Source: an uncultured Eubacteriales bacterium (GTDB lineage: Bacteria; Bacillota; Clostridia; Lachnospirales; Lachnospiraceae). Taken from it: a stretch of 39,911 bases of DNA. This document shows, piece by piece, positions 1-9,718 of this stretch; positions within the stretch are counted from its first letter, which is position 1; each line of letters starts with the position of its first letter. The DNA is taken from positions 1 to 39,911 of the forward strand of contig CASFUI010000088.1 in assembly GCA_949297565.1 (NCBI GenBank), written 5' to 3'. The notes beneath the pieces are model-generated. The model was given only the letters and a program-made list of their open reading frames with translations, had not been told where the DNA came from and did no database searches. Position numbers and translations under genes: made by a program.

Positions 1-1613
1 CCCGAACTTTGTTCCTTAAATTCCTTGACAGCCTCCTCAAGCTTAAGGACTGCTTTGCCCGTGCGTATCGCTAAGTCTGTCTTTGCCGCATGAAGCATCA
101 TCTGGCTTCTGGCTTTAAGCTTGGCCTCTTCTTCGTTAAACTCTGTGCCCGAAGCCTGTGCGATAGCCTTCTGCTCCTCCATAATTCTCTCGTAAGCAGC
201 GCTCTTTTCATCCTTTTCGTCGAGCATGCGCTCAAGCTCTTCTTTTGAGTACTCCTTCGTATCCCTGTTTCCGTACTTCTGCTCGCGCACAGACTCTATC
301 CAATCCGCAAGGCTTAACTGGCCCTCTATCTGCTCATCATCCTGCGTCTCCTCTCCGGCGTTCTCCTCAGTCTTCGAATGAACAGGGTGCGGTCTGAATA
401 TCTGTGAATCCTGCTCGTCGTCAAGCATTTCACTGAGATTTTTAGCGAGCTGTGCCTGTATATTCTGCGTATCATATATATTATTATAATTCGGCACGCT
501 TACAGCATCTATTTCCATAGCGTCCTCTCTTTCCTTTATGTGACGCTCCGCTTCTGCCCGCTCTTCTCTAAGCCGCTCTTCCTCGTTTTCACGGCTCATT
601 CTGTCATAACTGTTCTCAATCTTCTTCTTTGCGTTCTCAATAAGCTCCTTGAGAGATTCCGGCATCTGCCCCGGCTTGTTAGCCGCGGAACTCTCAGCAG
701 CCCTGTGAGCCATCTTAAATACAGACTCATTCTGCTCTTCATTCTGTTTCTTGGCCTCCGGCTGCTCCTCCTTTTCCTTCTCAACCGCCTCAAGCGTCAC
801 AGCTTCAGCCGTGTCTTTTTCTGTCTCCAAAATTCCGCTCTCGGTCTCCTCAAAATCGGCTTCCGGCTCAAGAGCTGCCGCCTCAAGCTTTTCGGCGTCC
901 TCGCTCAGAGCCTCCTCTATATCATCCTGTCTTATACGCGCTAGCTCCTGCTGCTGCTCAAACAGAATTTCCTTAGTCTTTTCGTCTCTTTCTTCCTTAT
1001 TGAGTGCGCTGTCAATAATCTTAATCTGCATGGTGGTGAGCGGCGCTCCAAGCCCCTGTTTAAGCTTCATTGCCTTCTCGACATAGATACCGTCCTGGAA
1101 TAAAAGAGCAAGCTCATCACAAGCCTTTACGCACTCATCCCTTCTTCCGGTCTTGGCATACAGCTCAGCCAGCTCATACATATACTTCTCGTCAATTTCC
1201 TGATTTTTGTAATCCTCCAGTATCTCGACAAGCTCATTATCCGATGCGCCCTCGGCTTTTCTCAGAATATAATAGAGAACGTATCTGCTCACATCATGCT
1301 GAGACATTCTCTCGTATTCTTCATACAATCCGTCCGCGTCATCAAACTGTTTGAGCTTAATCATAAGCTCGGTCAGCTTGTACACGAGCTTTCTTCCGCC
1401 GAGATTGCGGTTGTAGGCAAGAATGGCCATATCTCTTGCCTCCTCATAATCGCCTACCGCCTCCTGAACATTGATCGCCGTTGCGAGCGCGGACCAATCC
1501 TTTACCTTATGCCAGCTCATATCTTTTGCAATAGCAGCAGCCTCTTTATAATTTTTTTTAGCCGCAAGCTGCTTAATCTGTTCAATTTTAAGATTCATTT
1601 CATATTTATCCAA
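1..1613 (-). CDS. Large protein with TPR-like helical N-terminus and acidic/charged low-complexity region (3' end runs off the window)
   Basis: Not in the ORF track because it has no stop in the window. TTG start at 1613 with AAAGGTGG RBS, reading MDKYEMNLKIEQIKQLAAKKNYKEAAAIAK...YELAELYAKTGRRDECVKACDEL. TPR-like helices are followed by E/K/A-rich sequence. Confidence 0.75.
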   Translation of the reverse strand, partial: MDKYEMNLKIEQIKQLAAKKNYKEAAAIAKDMSWHKVKDWSALATAINVQEAVGDYEEARDMAILAYNRNLGGRKLVYKLTELMIKLKQFDDADGLYEEYERMSQHDVSRYVLYYILRKAEGASDNELVEILEDYKNQEIDEKYMYELAELYAKTGRRDECVKACDELALLFQDGIYVEKAMKLKQGLGAPLTTMQIKIIDSALNKEERDEKTKEILFEQQQELARIRQDDIEEALSEDAEKLEAAALEPEADFEETESGILETEKDTAEAVTLEAVEKEKEEQPEAKKQNEEQNESVFKMAHRAAESSAANKPGQMPESLKELIENAKKKIENSYDRMSRENEEERLREERAEAERHIKEREDAMEIDAVSVPNYNNIYDTQNIQAQLAKNLSEMLDDEQDSQIFRPHPVHSKTEENAGEETQDDEQIEGQLSLADWIESVREQKYGNRDTKEYSKEELERMLDEKDEKSAAYERIMEEQKAIAQASGTEFNEEEAKLKARSQMMLHAAKTDLAIRTGKAVLKLEEAVKEFKEQSS

Positions 1614-1864
1614 AATCAGACGCCACCTTTACTAATCATATTTTTATGTAATCAATCCGACAAAAATCAAATTTTTACAGCCGAAACCAAATTAATATAT
1701 TATTGTCTGCAAATCCGATTAAACAGCTTAATTGAATTTTCCGGACATTCTCTGGTCGTATTTTATGCATATATGCACTCTTTTTCTTTCCTGCATACAT
1801 GTCATAAGTTTATCACAGCCTCAGTCGCTTGTAAACTTGTTATCAGAAAAATGCCCGCCCATTG

Positions 1865-4800
1865 TCACTCAAAAAAATCAAAGCTTGCCTGCTCATAATC
1901 CATTCTCGTATATTCAAGCTGAGACGTGTCAGTTTTGCTGTAATAATCAACGACAACCGTCTGCTGTCTGTTATCAACAAGCTTCTGACCAAGAATATAA
2001 TTGACGTCAAAACGCCCCGTAATAGCAGGTGTTGCGCCTCTGGCAGGAACAATAAGCTGAACATGATTGGTCTTTAAAAGCTTGAAAATAGGCTCCCAGA
2101 TATAAATATCCTTTGCGGCTCCAAAAGGATTGTCTATGAAAATCGTCTTTCCTATTACCTCAGTCTCATCAGCCGACGCGTTTATACTTGCTATATAGTT
2201 GATAACCGCAATCAGGAACTGTATATAGATACCCTGAGACTGTCCCGTTGAGCCCACCGCCTCCTCATACCTCAGATAACGGCTCTGGTCCTTTATCCTC
2301 TCACGCTTATAAAGCTGTACCCTGACAGCATTCATATCCGTTACAATCACAGAAAACATACGCTTCCATGTAAGTCTGTTTCTTATATATTTAAGACGCT
2401 CCTCGGCTGACTCAAAGCTCTCCGCCATAGTTACCGTCTCATCTATATACGAAGACATTCTGTCGCCGTAAAATTCTTCTTTTACATATGGAATCTGCAG
2501 ACCAATCATTGAAATAACCTCGTCGTCCATAGTAATAGTGGAGAGTTTTGGAAGTCTGTCAAGCTCTGTCTTAATATTACAGCAGGTCTGTACGCATCGG
2601 CTTTCAAAATTGCGCTTGATCTGCTCCATATCCTCTATTCCCTTTGAAATTCTGTCCTTTTCAAGAATAATATAATCATTGGTCCGAAGAAGTGCCTCTG
2701 ACAATGTCCTCGCCTCGTCAATATTTCCAGGCGCCTCGGCTGACTGGCTTATCTGAGCTGCAAGTTCTGAAGCATCAAGCCTGACAAGGTGTTCGGCAAG
2801 CTTCTGTTTCTGTTTAATGAAATCCTCTCTTCGGCGTTCCATAAGTTTCATACACTTAGCGTATTCCTTAGAGACAGCCTCATAAGAAGAAAGTTCTGCA
2901 TCTGTTTTCAGCTCCCCGGCTGACTCCTGCCGCAAAACATTTTTATCTGGCACAGCCATGCCCGCCTCCGTCACAATACGCTCTAAATCTCTCTCGCACA
3001 GATATAAATTTTTAAGTTTTTTACTCTGCTCTGCCTGCCTTTTCTTTACATCCTTCATATTTGACTGCAGCTTCCCCACAAGCTCTCTGTGCTGTTTTTC
3101 AAATAACTCGGGATTTTCACACTGTACGGGAGTATATGCGCCGAAGCGCTCCTCAATCTGATGTATGCCGTGCGCGATGCTTCCCTCAAGTCTGTTCATA
3201 AGCGCATTCTGAGCATCAAGCTCCTCGCGCTGTGCTCTGGTCTCATTTTCAATTTTAACGAGAAGGCTCTTAATTTCCATTAATTCGGCGGCAGCGCTCT
3301 CTTTAACCTCGCCTTCAGACAGCTTTCTCATAACCTGGCTGAAATCAGCCCCCCTGTACTCAACCGACCTGCGGCACTTTTCCATCGACGCGCGGCAGTG
3401 CTGCATCAGAGCCTCCTTGTCAGCAACATCTACCGTTTCTTTATCCAGAATTTCCCTGAGTCCGAAAAAGCGGCTCTCAAGCTGTCCTGTCGTCAGTCCC
3501 GACAAATCACTGTCATGAACTTCCGCTTCGATATTATTTTCGGGCTCCATCTCATAAAACCGTCTGTAATTTTCTTCCCAGTCTCTTGTTACCTTTTCTA
3601 ATTTCTGTCTTGCCAAAGCCAGCATATCCTTTGCCTGCCTAAGCTCGCCGGCATATCTTTCTGTCTCCTCCTTTGCTGACGAAACGCTTTGCTCTGCTTC
3701 TGATGCCTCTCTTGCCGCCTCACCTCGTTTTTCGTATTTTTCAGACAGCCTTCTGCTCTGTCCCTCTACAAGATGCAGAAGATCAAGCCTTCCGCAGTCC
3801 TGAGCATACCGCGACTTAGCCTGCTCAAGCATTTCCCCTGATTTTTGAGCGCTCAGCCTTAACTGCTCTGACTTCTTTTTAAGACGTTTTTCATCCTCCT
3901 CGCACTCAGAAAGACTTGTCTTTAAATTCTTCAAATCCGACAGCTCTTCAAGGTCCGAAGCCGCGTACCGGCGCAGCACGCAGAGGTAATCACCCCACAC
4001 TACCTGCTTTCTGTCTCTTAGCTTATCCAGCCTGTGATTTAAGCCTTCAAGCTCTTCCCTCGCAGCGTCAAGCTCCGACTTAAGACGCGTCTCATCTCTT
4101 AAGAAGCCCATATCCTTCATTGCAAAAGCCACGAGCTCTTTATTAACCTCAAGCTTTGTGTCGTAAAGCACCTGTTCGCTGACAATCGGCACGGCGTACG
4201 CACCGCGCTCAAAGTTCATAAGGGCGGCATCCTCTTTTATCCTCTCAAAATCATTTTTTATAATGAAACTGTACTCAATGAACGGAGCCCTCTTAAACAC
4301 ATCTCTCTTCTGTCCCGCATTTAACGCCGCAAACCACTCATGTCCTTCGACCACATCCTCCTTATAACGCGCCTTGAGATAGTCTCTGAGCTTATCTCTG
4401 TATGCCCCTCTGCATTTATAAGTTCCGGCTGAAGCGTTATCTATAAACTCTGTGAGTCTTGACGCCTCCTTCTCTGTCTCATCAAGTTCACGGCTCACAT
4501 TTTCATAAAAAGAGCCGATGCGCGTGTCGAGATGTTCAAGATTTCCGTCATTATATATTTTTGCGAGATTTTCAAGCTGCTCACGGTATTCCTCAGCGAT
4601 TTTCTGTTTTTTTGCCGCACGTTCAAGCTCGCTCTCAACAAAATCACGGCGTACCTCAATACCTGTAAGTTCTGCCTGAACTTTCGCCGACTGTGCACTC
4701 AGCTCATCATATTCCCTCTCGCGGCGAAGTATATCCTGCTTTTGCAGCCCAAGCTCCTCAGCCAGATTGTCTGCCTCAGCCCCGGCATTTTCAGCCACCA

Positions 4801-6325
4801 GAAGTCCGCATTTCTCCATTAAATCTGCAAGCTGTCTCTCATCCCCCTCTATTTCCTTACCCGAAAATTTTACAAGGCTTTCCGCAGCGGCCTGCTTTTT
4901 CAAAAACTCCCTGTGCCTTGTCTGTGCCGCTTCGAGAGCCGCTGTGAGCTGTGTGACACGACTTTCAAAAATACTGCACTGATCCTCAAAATTCTTCTTT
5001 TGAGCCTCCGTACTCTCATATAATTTTACCGCAATATCATGAAGCCTTGACGTGATATTCCGATGACTGAGCATGCGGTTGTCTACCGTCTCCTTAAGCT
5101 GAGCCAGAGAATTTTCATACCTCACATAATCCGCACAGTCATTTGCCGACTCCATAAGTTTAAGCTGCTCTCTCTTCTGCGCATAGAGCCTGTCTGAGCT
5201 CTCAAGCCGCGCGTTACCTGATGCAACAAGCTCACGAACTCCCGCAAGAGATTTCTCCTCCGCCGCAATCTGCGCCGCCTGAATCGCGCACTGCTCGCTG
5301 TCAAGCTCCTGCTGCATCTTCTCCAGCAGACTGCCGCACCTTTCCGCCTCATCTTCATTTGAGACCACAGCCCTTTTACACTCAACCAACAGGCTATACA
5401 GCTGATTTTCAAGCTCCTGCTTCTGACGGAAATTATCCTCAAAAGAAGCCGCATACTTCGCAAACCTTTTAACAGCTTCAACCTGTCTGTCATAGTTTCC
5501 AATCTGAGCATGCTTCTTTGAAAGCTCAAGCAGCTTATCCTTGATGTCCAGAAGCGTCTGCGCCATTTTTCCCTCATCGTCGGCAACTCCAAGACGGTTG
5601 TTAAATGATTTTTGTATAATCTCCTCAATCAGCAAATCCTCTACAACCTTACGGCTTGTCCTGTAATTTGTCTCAAAATATGTCCTGACATGCCCCTCAG
5701 TCTTATTGATACCTCGTATAATCTCCCACTGGCTCTCAAAAATTCCGTACTGTGTAAGAAAGTTCTGATAATCTCCCTTTCTGTCAAAAATCCTCACTGA
5801 CACACTGAAATCATTTTTTTCAAGATTTCTGAGATACTCCTTGAGACCATTGTATGTAATCTTCTCTCCGTTGCTTGTGAGCGGTAAATTTTTTATGTCG
5901 TTGTCCCCGAATTCTCTGTAAAAGATAACATAATTAAAGTATTCAATACCCGAAGAAGCAGACGAAACTTCCTCCTCTTTTGACGCGCCGCCTGACGCCC
6001 GCGCCTTTCTCGCACAGAAACCGGTCGTCATGTATTTATAATTATCTTTCCGGTAGCATGGCTCAAGCCTCCACTCAATAAGAGAGTGAATAACCGTATT
6101 GCCTCCGCCCTGACGAAACAGCTTCTCAACAGGCTGTTTCTCGTCAAGCGTACAGTTTGGAATTACATTCTGCAAAAGCATAAGCATCAGAAGGCTCTTT
6201 CCCCCTCCGTTTGCCAAATCATAAATCATGCTGCTGCAGTTCGGGCGCATCATAAAATCATCATACACCTGTGTTCCGAAATTATATTTTACATTGTTTA
6301 CTCTTATCCTGTTTATCTGAGGCAT
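1865..6325 (-). CDS. SMC-like ATPase, Wadjet JetC / MukB / MksB-like (1486 aa)
   Basis: N-terminal Walker A LANGGGKS, two long coiled-coil arms around a central globular hinge-like region, C-terminal signature-like GSTGQ and Walker B IFIDNPFG. Confidence 0.85.
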   Translation of the reverse strand: MPQINRIRVNNVKYNFGTQVYDDFMMRPNCSSMIYDLANGGGKSLLMLMLLQNVIPNCTLDEKQPVEKLFRQGGGNTVIHSLIEWRLEPCYRKDNYKYMTTGFCARKARASGGASKEEEVSSASSGIEYFNYVIFYREFGDNDIKNLPLTSNGEKITYNGLKEYLRNLEKNDFSVSVRIFDRKGDYQNFLTQYGIFESQWEIIRGINKTEGHVRTYFETNYRTSRKVVEDLLIEEIIQKSFNNRLGVADDEGKMAQTLLDIKDKLLELSKKHAQIGNYDRQVEAVKRFAKYAASFEDNFRQKQELENQLYSLLVECKRAVVSNEDEAERCGSLLEKMQQELDSEQCAIQAAQIAAEEKSLAGVRELVASGNARLESSDRLYAQKREQLKLMESANDCADYVRYENSLAQLKETVDNRMLSHRNITSRLHDIAVKLYESTEAQKKNFEDQCSIFESRVTQLTAALEAAQTRHREFLKKQAAAESLVKFSGKEIEGDERQLADLMEKCGLLVAENAGAEADNLAEELGLQKQDILRREREYDELSAQSAKVQAELTGIEVRRDFVESELERAAKKQKIAEEYREQLENLAKIYNDGNLEHLDTRIGSFYENVSRELDETEKEASRLTEFIDNASAGTYKCRGAYRDKLRDYLKARYKEDVVEGHEWFAALNAGQKRDVFKRAPFIEYSFIIKNDFERIKEDAALMNFERGAYAVPIVSEQVLYDTKLEVNKELVAFAMKDMGFLRDETRLKSELDAAREELEGLNHRLDKLRDRKQVVWGDYLCVLRRYAASDLEELSDLKNLKTSLSECEEDEKRLKKKSEQLRLSAQKSGEMLEQAKSRYAQDCGRLDLLHLVEGQSRRLSEKYEKRGEAAREASEAEQSVSSAKEETERYAGELRQAKDMLALARQKLEKVTRDWEENYRRFYEMEPENNIEAEVHDSDLSGLTTGQLESRFFGLREILDKETVDVADKEALMQHCRASMEKCRRSVEYRGADFSQVMRKLSEGEVKESAAAELMEIKSLLVKIENETRAQREELDAQNALMNRLEGSIAHGIHQIEERFGAYTPVQCENPELFEKQHRELVGKLQSNMKDVKKRQAEQSKKLKNLYLCERDLERIVTEAGMAVPDKNVLRQESAGELKTDAELSSYEAVSKEYAKCMKLMERRREDFIKQKQKLAEHLVRLDASELAAQISQSAEAPGNIDEARTLSEALLRTNDYIILEKDRISKGIEDMEQIKRNFESRCVQTCCNIKTELDRLPKLSTITMDDEVISMIGLQIPYVKEEFYGDRMSSYIDETVTMAESFESAEERLKYIRNRLTWKRMFSVIVTDMNAVRVQLYKRERIKDQSRYLRYEEAVGSTGQSQGIYIQFLIAVINYIASINASADETEVIGKTIFIDNPFGAAKDIYIWEPIFKLLKTNHVQLIVPARGATPAITGRFDVNYILGQKLVDNRQQTVVVDYYSKTDTSQLEYTRMDYEQASFDFFE

Positions 6326-6328
6326 CAG

Positions 6329-7159
6329 CTATTCCTCCCTCTCTCCCTGAAAATCCGCACCGCCGGCAGCCGCGCTGTTTTTTTGCTTATCGCTCATTAA
6401 AAGCTGAGAAAACCTTCCCCTGTAATCATCAAAATAATTCTCTATCAGAGCGCGGAAACGGTCGGTAGGATAATAGCGCGCCCCCTGCGCAGAGCTTTCA
6501 CTTAAAGCCGCCGCGTTTTTATCGAACTGTGTCCGTTCTCCAGGGTACGGCGTCTGATTTTCCACAAGAAGCTCCTGCGATATGAGAAAATTAAACACCA
6601 TTTTGACAAACCCGGCTTTTGAATTTCTGGCCGCTCTGACGCCCGACTGCTCCTCAACGGTTGCCGCCGGAAGCTCCTCCCAGCTCATGGCAATCTGCTT
6701 AAAACTGTTCTCCTCAACCTCGTCAAGAACAATTCCGGCGCTTTTATCAATTATGCCGTTTATTGCTTTGTCTACATTTTCAACAACATCCTCTATACGC
6801 ACATACTCAGCATACGTCGTCGCAGCAGTGTCCGTATAAAAATTAGTTATCGTATTGTATACCACAAAATATGCAAGATACAGCTCCTTGTTTAGCTTAA
6901 TTCCTAATTCCTTTTTCAGCTCCTCGTTTGTGTACCCAAACACTGCGTTATTCTGCCCCGCGCTGACATACAGCGCGTTTTTATACTCATACAAATTCAG
7001 GTTCATTTTCTTAAGAGACATCTGCACAATGTCATAAACCTCTGCATTTGTGCTGTATTCCTGATAAAGAGCCGCGTCAGCTCCCTTTTCGCTTACATTT
7101 TCACCCATTATAAGCCTGGACACAATATCAAGCGCCCTGTCCAAATTTCTGCTGTCCAT
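6329..7159 (-). CDS. JetB / MukE-like KITE subunit (DUF6063-like)
   Basis: About 276 aa, directly upstream of the SMC gene (3-bp gap). The FGYTNEELKKELG and RYYPTDRF segments resemble the DUF6063 family as recalled. Start moved to the ATG at 7159 (GAGGA RBS). Confidence 0.7.
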   Translation of the reverse strand: MDSRNLDRALDIVSRLIMGENVSEKGADAALYQEYSTNAEVYDIVQMSLKKMNLNLYEYKNALYVSAGQNNAVFGYTNEELKKELGIKLNKELYLAYFVVYNTITNFYTDTAATTYAEYVRIEDVVENVDKAINGIIDKSAGIVLDEVEENSFKQIAMSWEELPAATVEEQSGVRAARNSKAGFVKMVFNFLISQELLVENQTPYPGERTQFDKNAAALSESSAQGARYYPTDRFRALIENYFDDYRGRFSQLLMSDKQKNSAAAGGADFQGEREE

Positions 7160-7195
7160 AAAATCCTCATTTCTGCGCACACTGCGTTTATTATC

Positions 7196-8704
7196 TTACC
7201 CTTCTCTCTGAAATATGACATCTGTAACCTCGCAGCCTGGCGCGAGCTCAAGCACTTTTGCGCTGCACTCTGTAATGGAAAACGATGTCGGCTGCCTGTC
7301 CGCAAAATGTTTTTTTAATATGTCGTCAAGAAAACTTTCGCTGCTCATTTCCTTCCCGCCGATTACATAAAATTTTTTCTGGCAGAGGTTTACAAAAAAA
7401 GAAAAATAGTCGGCATTTTTTAAAATATTTTCGGAATACATACGGCTCATAGCGCCGTTAAATTCCTCAAGTGTAAACTTAGCTCTCTCCGACAGAGCCG
7501 CCAGAAGATTTTCCATGATAAAAGAATAATTATGGCTTATTCGCTGTTCCTCCAGCTCGTCATCAAACACAATTTCCCTCGCCGGCTCAAGACTTACCTT
7601 TTCAGCCTCCTGATACCTTGCCGGTCCCACCGTAAGCGCATCATCGATAGCCGCCACGCTGAACGTTTTTTTTGTTTTCGGCTTCCACAGAGGATTAATA
7701 AGCTTCGCAAGCAGCTCAGCGTTATCTGTATCAATCATTCTCTTTAACAACACGGAAAAATCCACATGACTTCTTATCTGTCCCAGCTTTGCCCGCATAA
7801 CCGCGTCATCGGTAAGACGCTGCATGTCCGTGCACGCACGCAGAAGCTCGCCGTGTCTGTTCATTGCAACATTCAGCTGATTTTGAAGCTCGTATACCTC
7901 ATTCACCGTCCTGTAATACTGCGCGTCAGACCTTCCGCCGACTGACAGCTTCTCAAGCGCTGCCTGAATAAGCTCATTGTTTTTCTTAAACAGCTTTTCC
8001 TCCTCTTCAAACCAGCGCATTCCTGTCTCTACAAATTTCTCGTAGGCCTCGATTCCCGCAAACACATCAGATGAAATAATATTCATGACTTCATTTTTTT
8101 CGAGTGTAAGACGGCTGACTTCCTCGTTAATGCGCCAGACGACCTCTGTTCCGCCCTTAAAATTCTGCGCGCGTATCATTTTTTCCAGCAGAAGCTGCTG
8201 GACGCTTATTCTGCTCTCGTCTTTAATCTCTTTGGTGTCAAGATAAAATTCGACGGCGTCCGCGCTTATAGAATACCAGACTGTGTTATCGCGTATAGTG
8301 CTCTCAATCATTCTGACTCTTGAAATGCGTTTTTTTCTGTCAACCGGGTCAAAATATTCAAAATCAAAAGGGCGGCCGTCATTTTTTATTTTGTCAAAAA
8401 TGTAGCCGCCGATTTCCTTATTTTCCTCTTCACTTAAAGAAAGCCCGAAATCTCTTGAAATCAGCTCACGTATAAATTCAAGATATTCAGGATATGTAAC
8501 ATCTTTCTCCTTAAAATTATTTTCTTCTATAAAAAAGCGCAGTATGCCCATCACAATATATCCCATGTCCAGGACCTCGTACTTTCCGTCCTTAAACTGG
8601 GATAGCGAAACCTCTGTCAGCCTGAAAAACGGATAATATTTTTTCAGGTTGAGCATACGCGCCCGATGCTCAGAAACAATCTCATTCAACATATTTGCCG
8701 CCAT
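7196..8704 (-). CDS. JetA / MukF-like kleisin subunit
   Basis: 502 aa from the ATG at 8704 (GGAGG RBS). First gene of the triplet, with a helical middle region and a size and position matching JetA/MukF. The assignment is largely contextual. Confidence 0.65.
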   Translation of the reverse strand: MAANMLNEIVSEHRARMLNLKKYYPFFRLTEVSLSQFKDGKYEVLDMGYIVMGILRFFIEENNFKEKDVTYPEYLEFIRELISRDFGLSLSEEENKEIGGYIFDKIKNDGRPFDFEYFDPVDRKKRISRVRMIESTIRDNTVWYSISADAVEFYLDTKEIKDESRISVQQLLLEKMIRAQNFKGGTEVVWRINEEVSRLTLEKNEVMNIISSDVFAGIEAYEKFVETGMRWFEEEEKLFKKNNELIQAALEKLSVGGRSDAQYYRTVNEVYELQNQLNVAMNRHGELLRACTDMQRLTDDAVMRAKLGQIRSHVDFSVLLKRMIDTDNAELLAKLINPLWKPKTKKTFSVAAIDDALTVGPARYQEAEKVSLEPAREIVFDDELEEQRISHNYSFIMENLLAALSERAKFTLEEFNGAMSRMYSENILKNADYFSFFVNLCQKKFYVIGGKEMSSESFLDDILKKHFADRQPTSFSITECSAKVLELAPGCEVTDVIFQREG

Positions 8705-8771
8705 AAACAGCCTCCGTCGCTGCAATCTGTATTTTATAACTCTATTGTTTTTAATCCGCCTCGCTTTTATG

Positions 8772-9368
8772 CTACAGCTCGGTGCGCCCCTCCAGTGCCC
8801 TGAGAAGCGTGACCTCGTCAATATATTCCAAATCTCCGCCTACAGGAACGCCGCTTGCAATCCTTGTAACTTTAATTCCCGTAGGCTTGATAAGCCTTGA
8901 AAGATACATTGCCGTCGTCTCTCCCTCAAGGCTTGAATTTGTGGCTATAATAACCTCATTCACATCTCCCTCAAGGCGCTTGATAAGCTCTTTAATCTTA
9001 ATATCCGACGGACCTATGCCCAGCATAGGGCTGATAGCTCCGTGAAGCACATGATACACACCTTCATACTTTCCCGTCTTCTCGTAAGCGGCAAGGTCCC
9101 TTGTGTGCTCTACCACCATTATAGTGCTGTGGTCGCGCCCCGCATTTTTGCAGATAGGACAAATTTCATCATCTGTGAGCGTAAAACATTCCCTGCAGTA
9201 CCGGACATTTTCCTTTGCGCTCTTTATTGCCCCGATAAGGCTTAAAACCTCCTCCTTAGGCATGTTAATAATGTGAAATGCCAGGCGCTGGGCGCTCTTT
9301 GCCCCAACCCCTGGTAATCTCGAAAGCTGCTCTATTAATTTATTAATATGACCGCTGTAAATATCCAT
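8772..9368 (-). CDS. recR: Recombination mediator RecR
   Basis: [15 protein letters not shown] HhH motif, C4 zinc finger (CRECF...CPIC), Toprim [28 protein letters not shown]. Confidence 0.98.
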   Translation of the reverse strand: MDIYSGHINKLIEQLSRLPGVGAKSAQRLAFHIINMPKEEVLSLIGAIKSAKENVRYCRECFTLTDDEICPICKNAGRDHSTIMVVEHTRDLAAYEKTGKYEGVYHVLHGAISPMLGIGPSDIKIKELIKRLEGDVNEVIIATNSSLEGETTAMYLSRLIKPTGIKVTRIASGVPVGGDLEYIDEVTLLRALEGRTEL

Positions 9369-9718
9369 TAGAACAGGCCTCCTCCTAAGCCTGAAAGACC
9401 ACCTGTAATCTTTGACATCTGAGCCTGTGACTCTTCCTCACACTTTCTTAAAGCCTCGTTTGCGGCTGCCATAATCAAATCCTCAAGCATCTCCACATCT
9501 TCCGGGTCAACCGCTTCAGGGTCAATCTTAACCTTTGTCACTTCCCGCTTACCGCTGACAGTCACCTCTACAGCGCCGCCGCCTGCAGCCGCAGTAAACT
9601 CCTTAGCCTCAAGCTCTGCCTGCTGTGTCTCCATCTGGCGCTGCATTCTCTGTGCCTGCTTCATCAGATTATTCATGTTTCCCGGCATTCCTCCGGGAAA
9701 TCCGCCTCTCTTTGCCAT
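9368..9718 (-). CDS. ybaB: YbaB/EbfC nucleoid-associated protein
   Basis: [13 protein letters not shown]...[11 protein letters not shown]...[12 protein letters not shown]; canonical position between dnaX and recR. Confidence 0.95.
   Translation of the reverse strand: MAKRGGFPGGMPGNMNNLMKQAQRMQRQMETQQAELEAKEFTAAAGGGAVEVTVSGKREVTKVKIDPEAVDPEDVEMLEDLIMAAANEALRKCEEESQAQMSKITGGLSGLGGGLF

Noticed and set aside
1614-1864. Possible jetD remnant after the SMC gene
   Set aside because: The gap is only about 250 bp of AT-rich sequence and I see no Toprim-like coding remnant.
540-2077. Several plus-strand ORFs (540-944, 751-1086, 1070-1354, 1296-1898 and others)
   Set aside because: They are antisense shadows of the minus-strand TPR-like and SMC genes, with no recognisable motifs.
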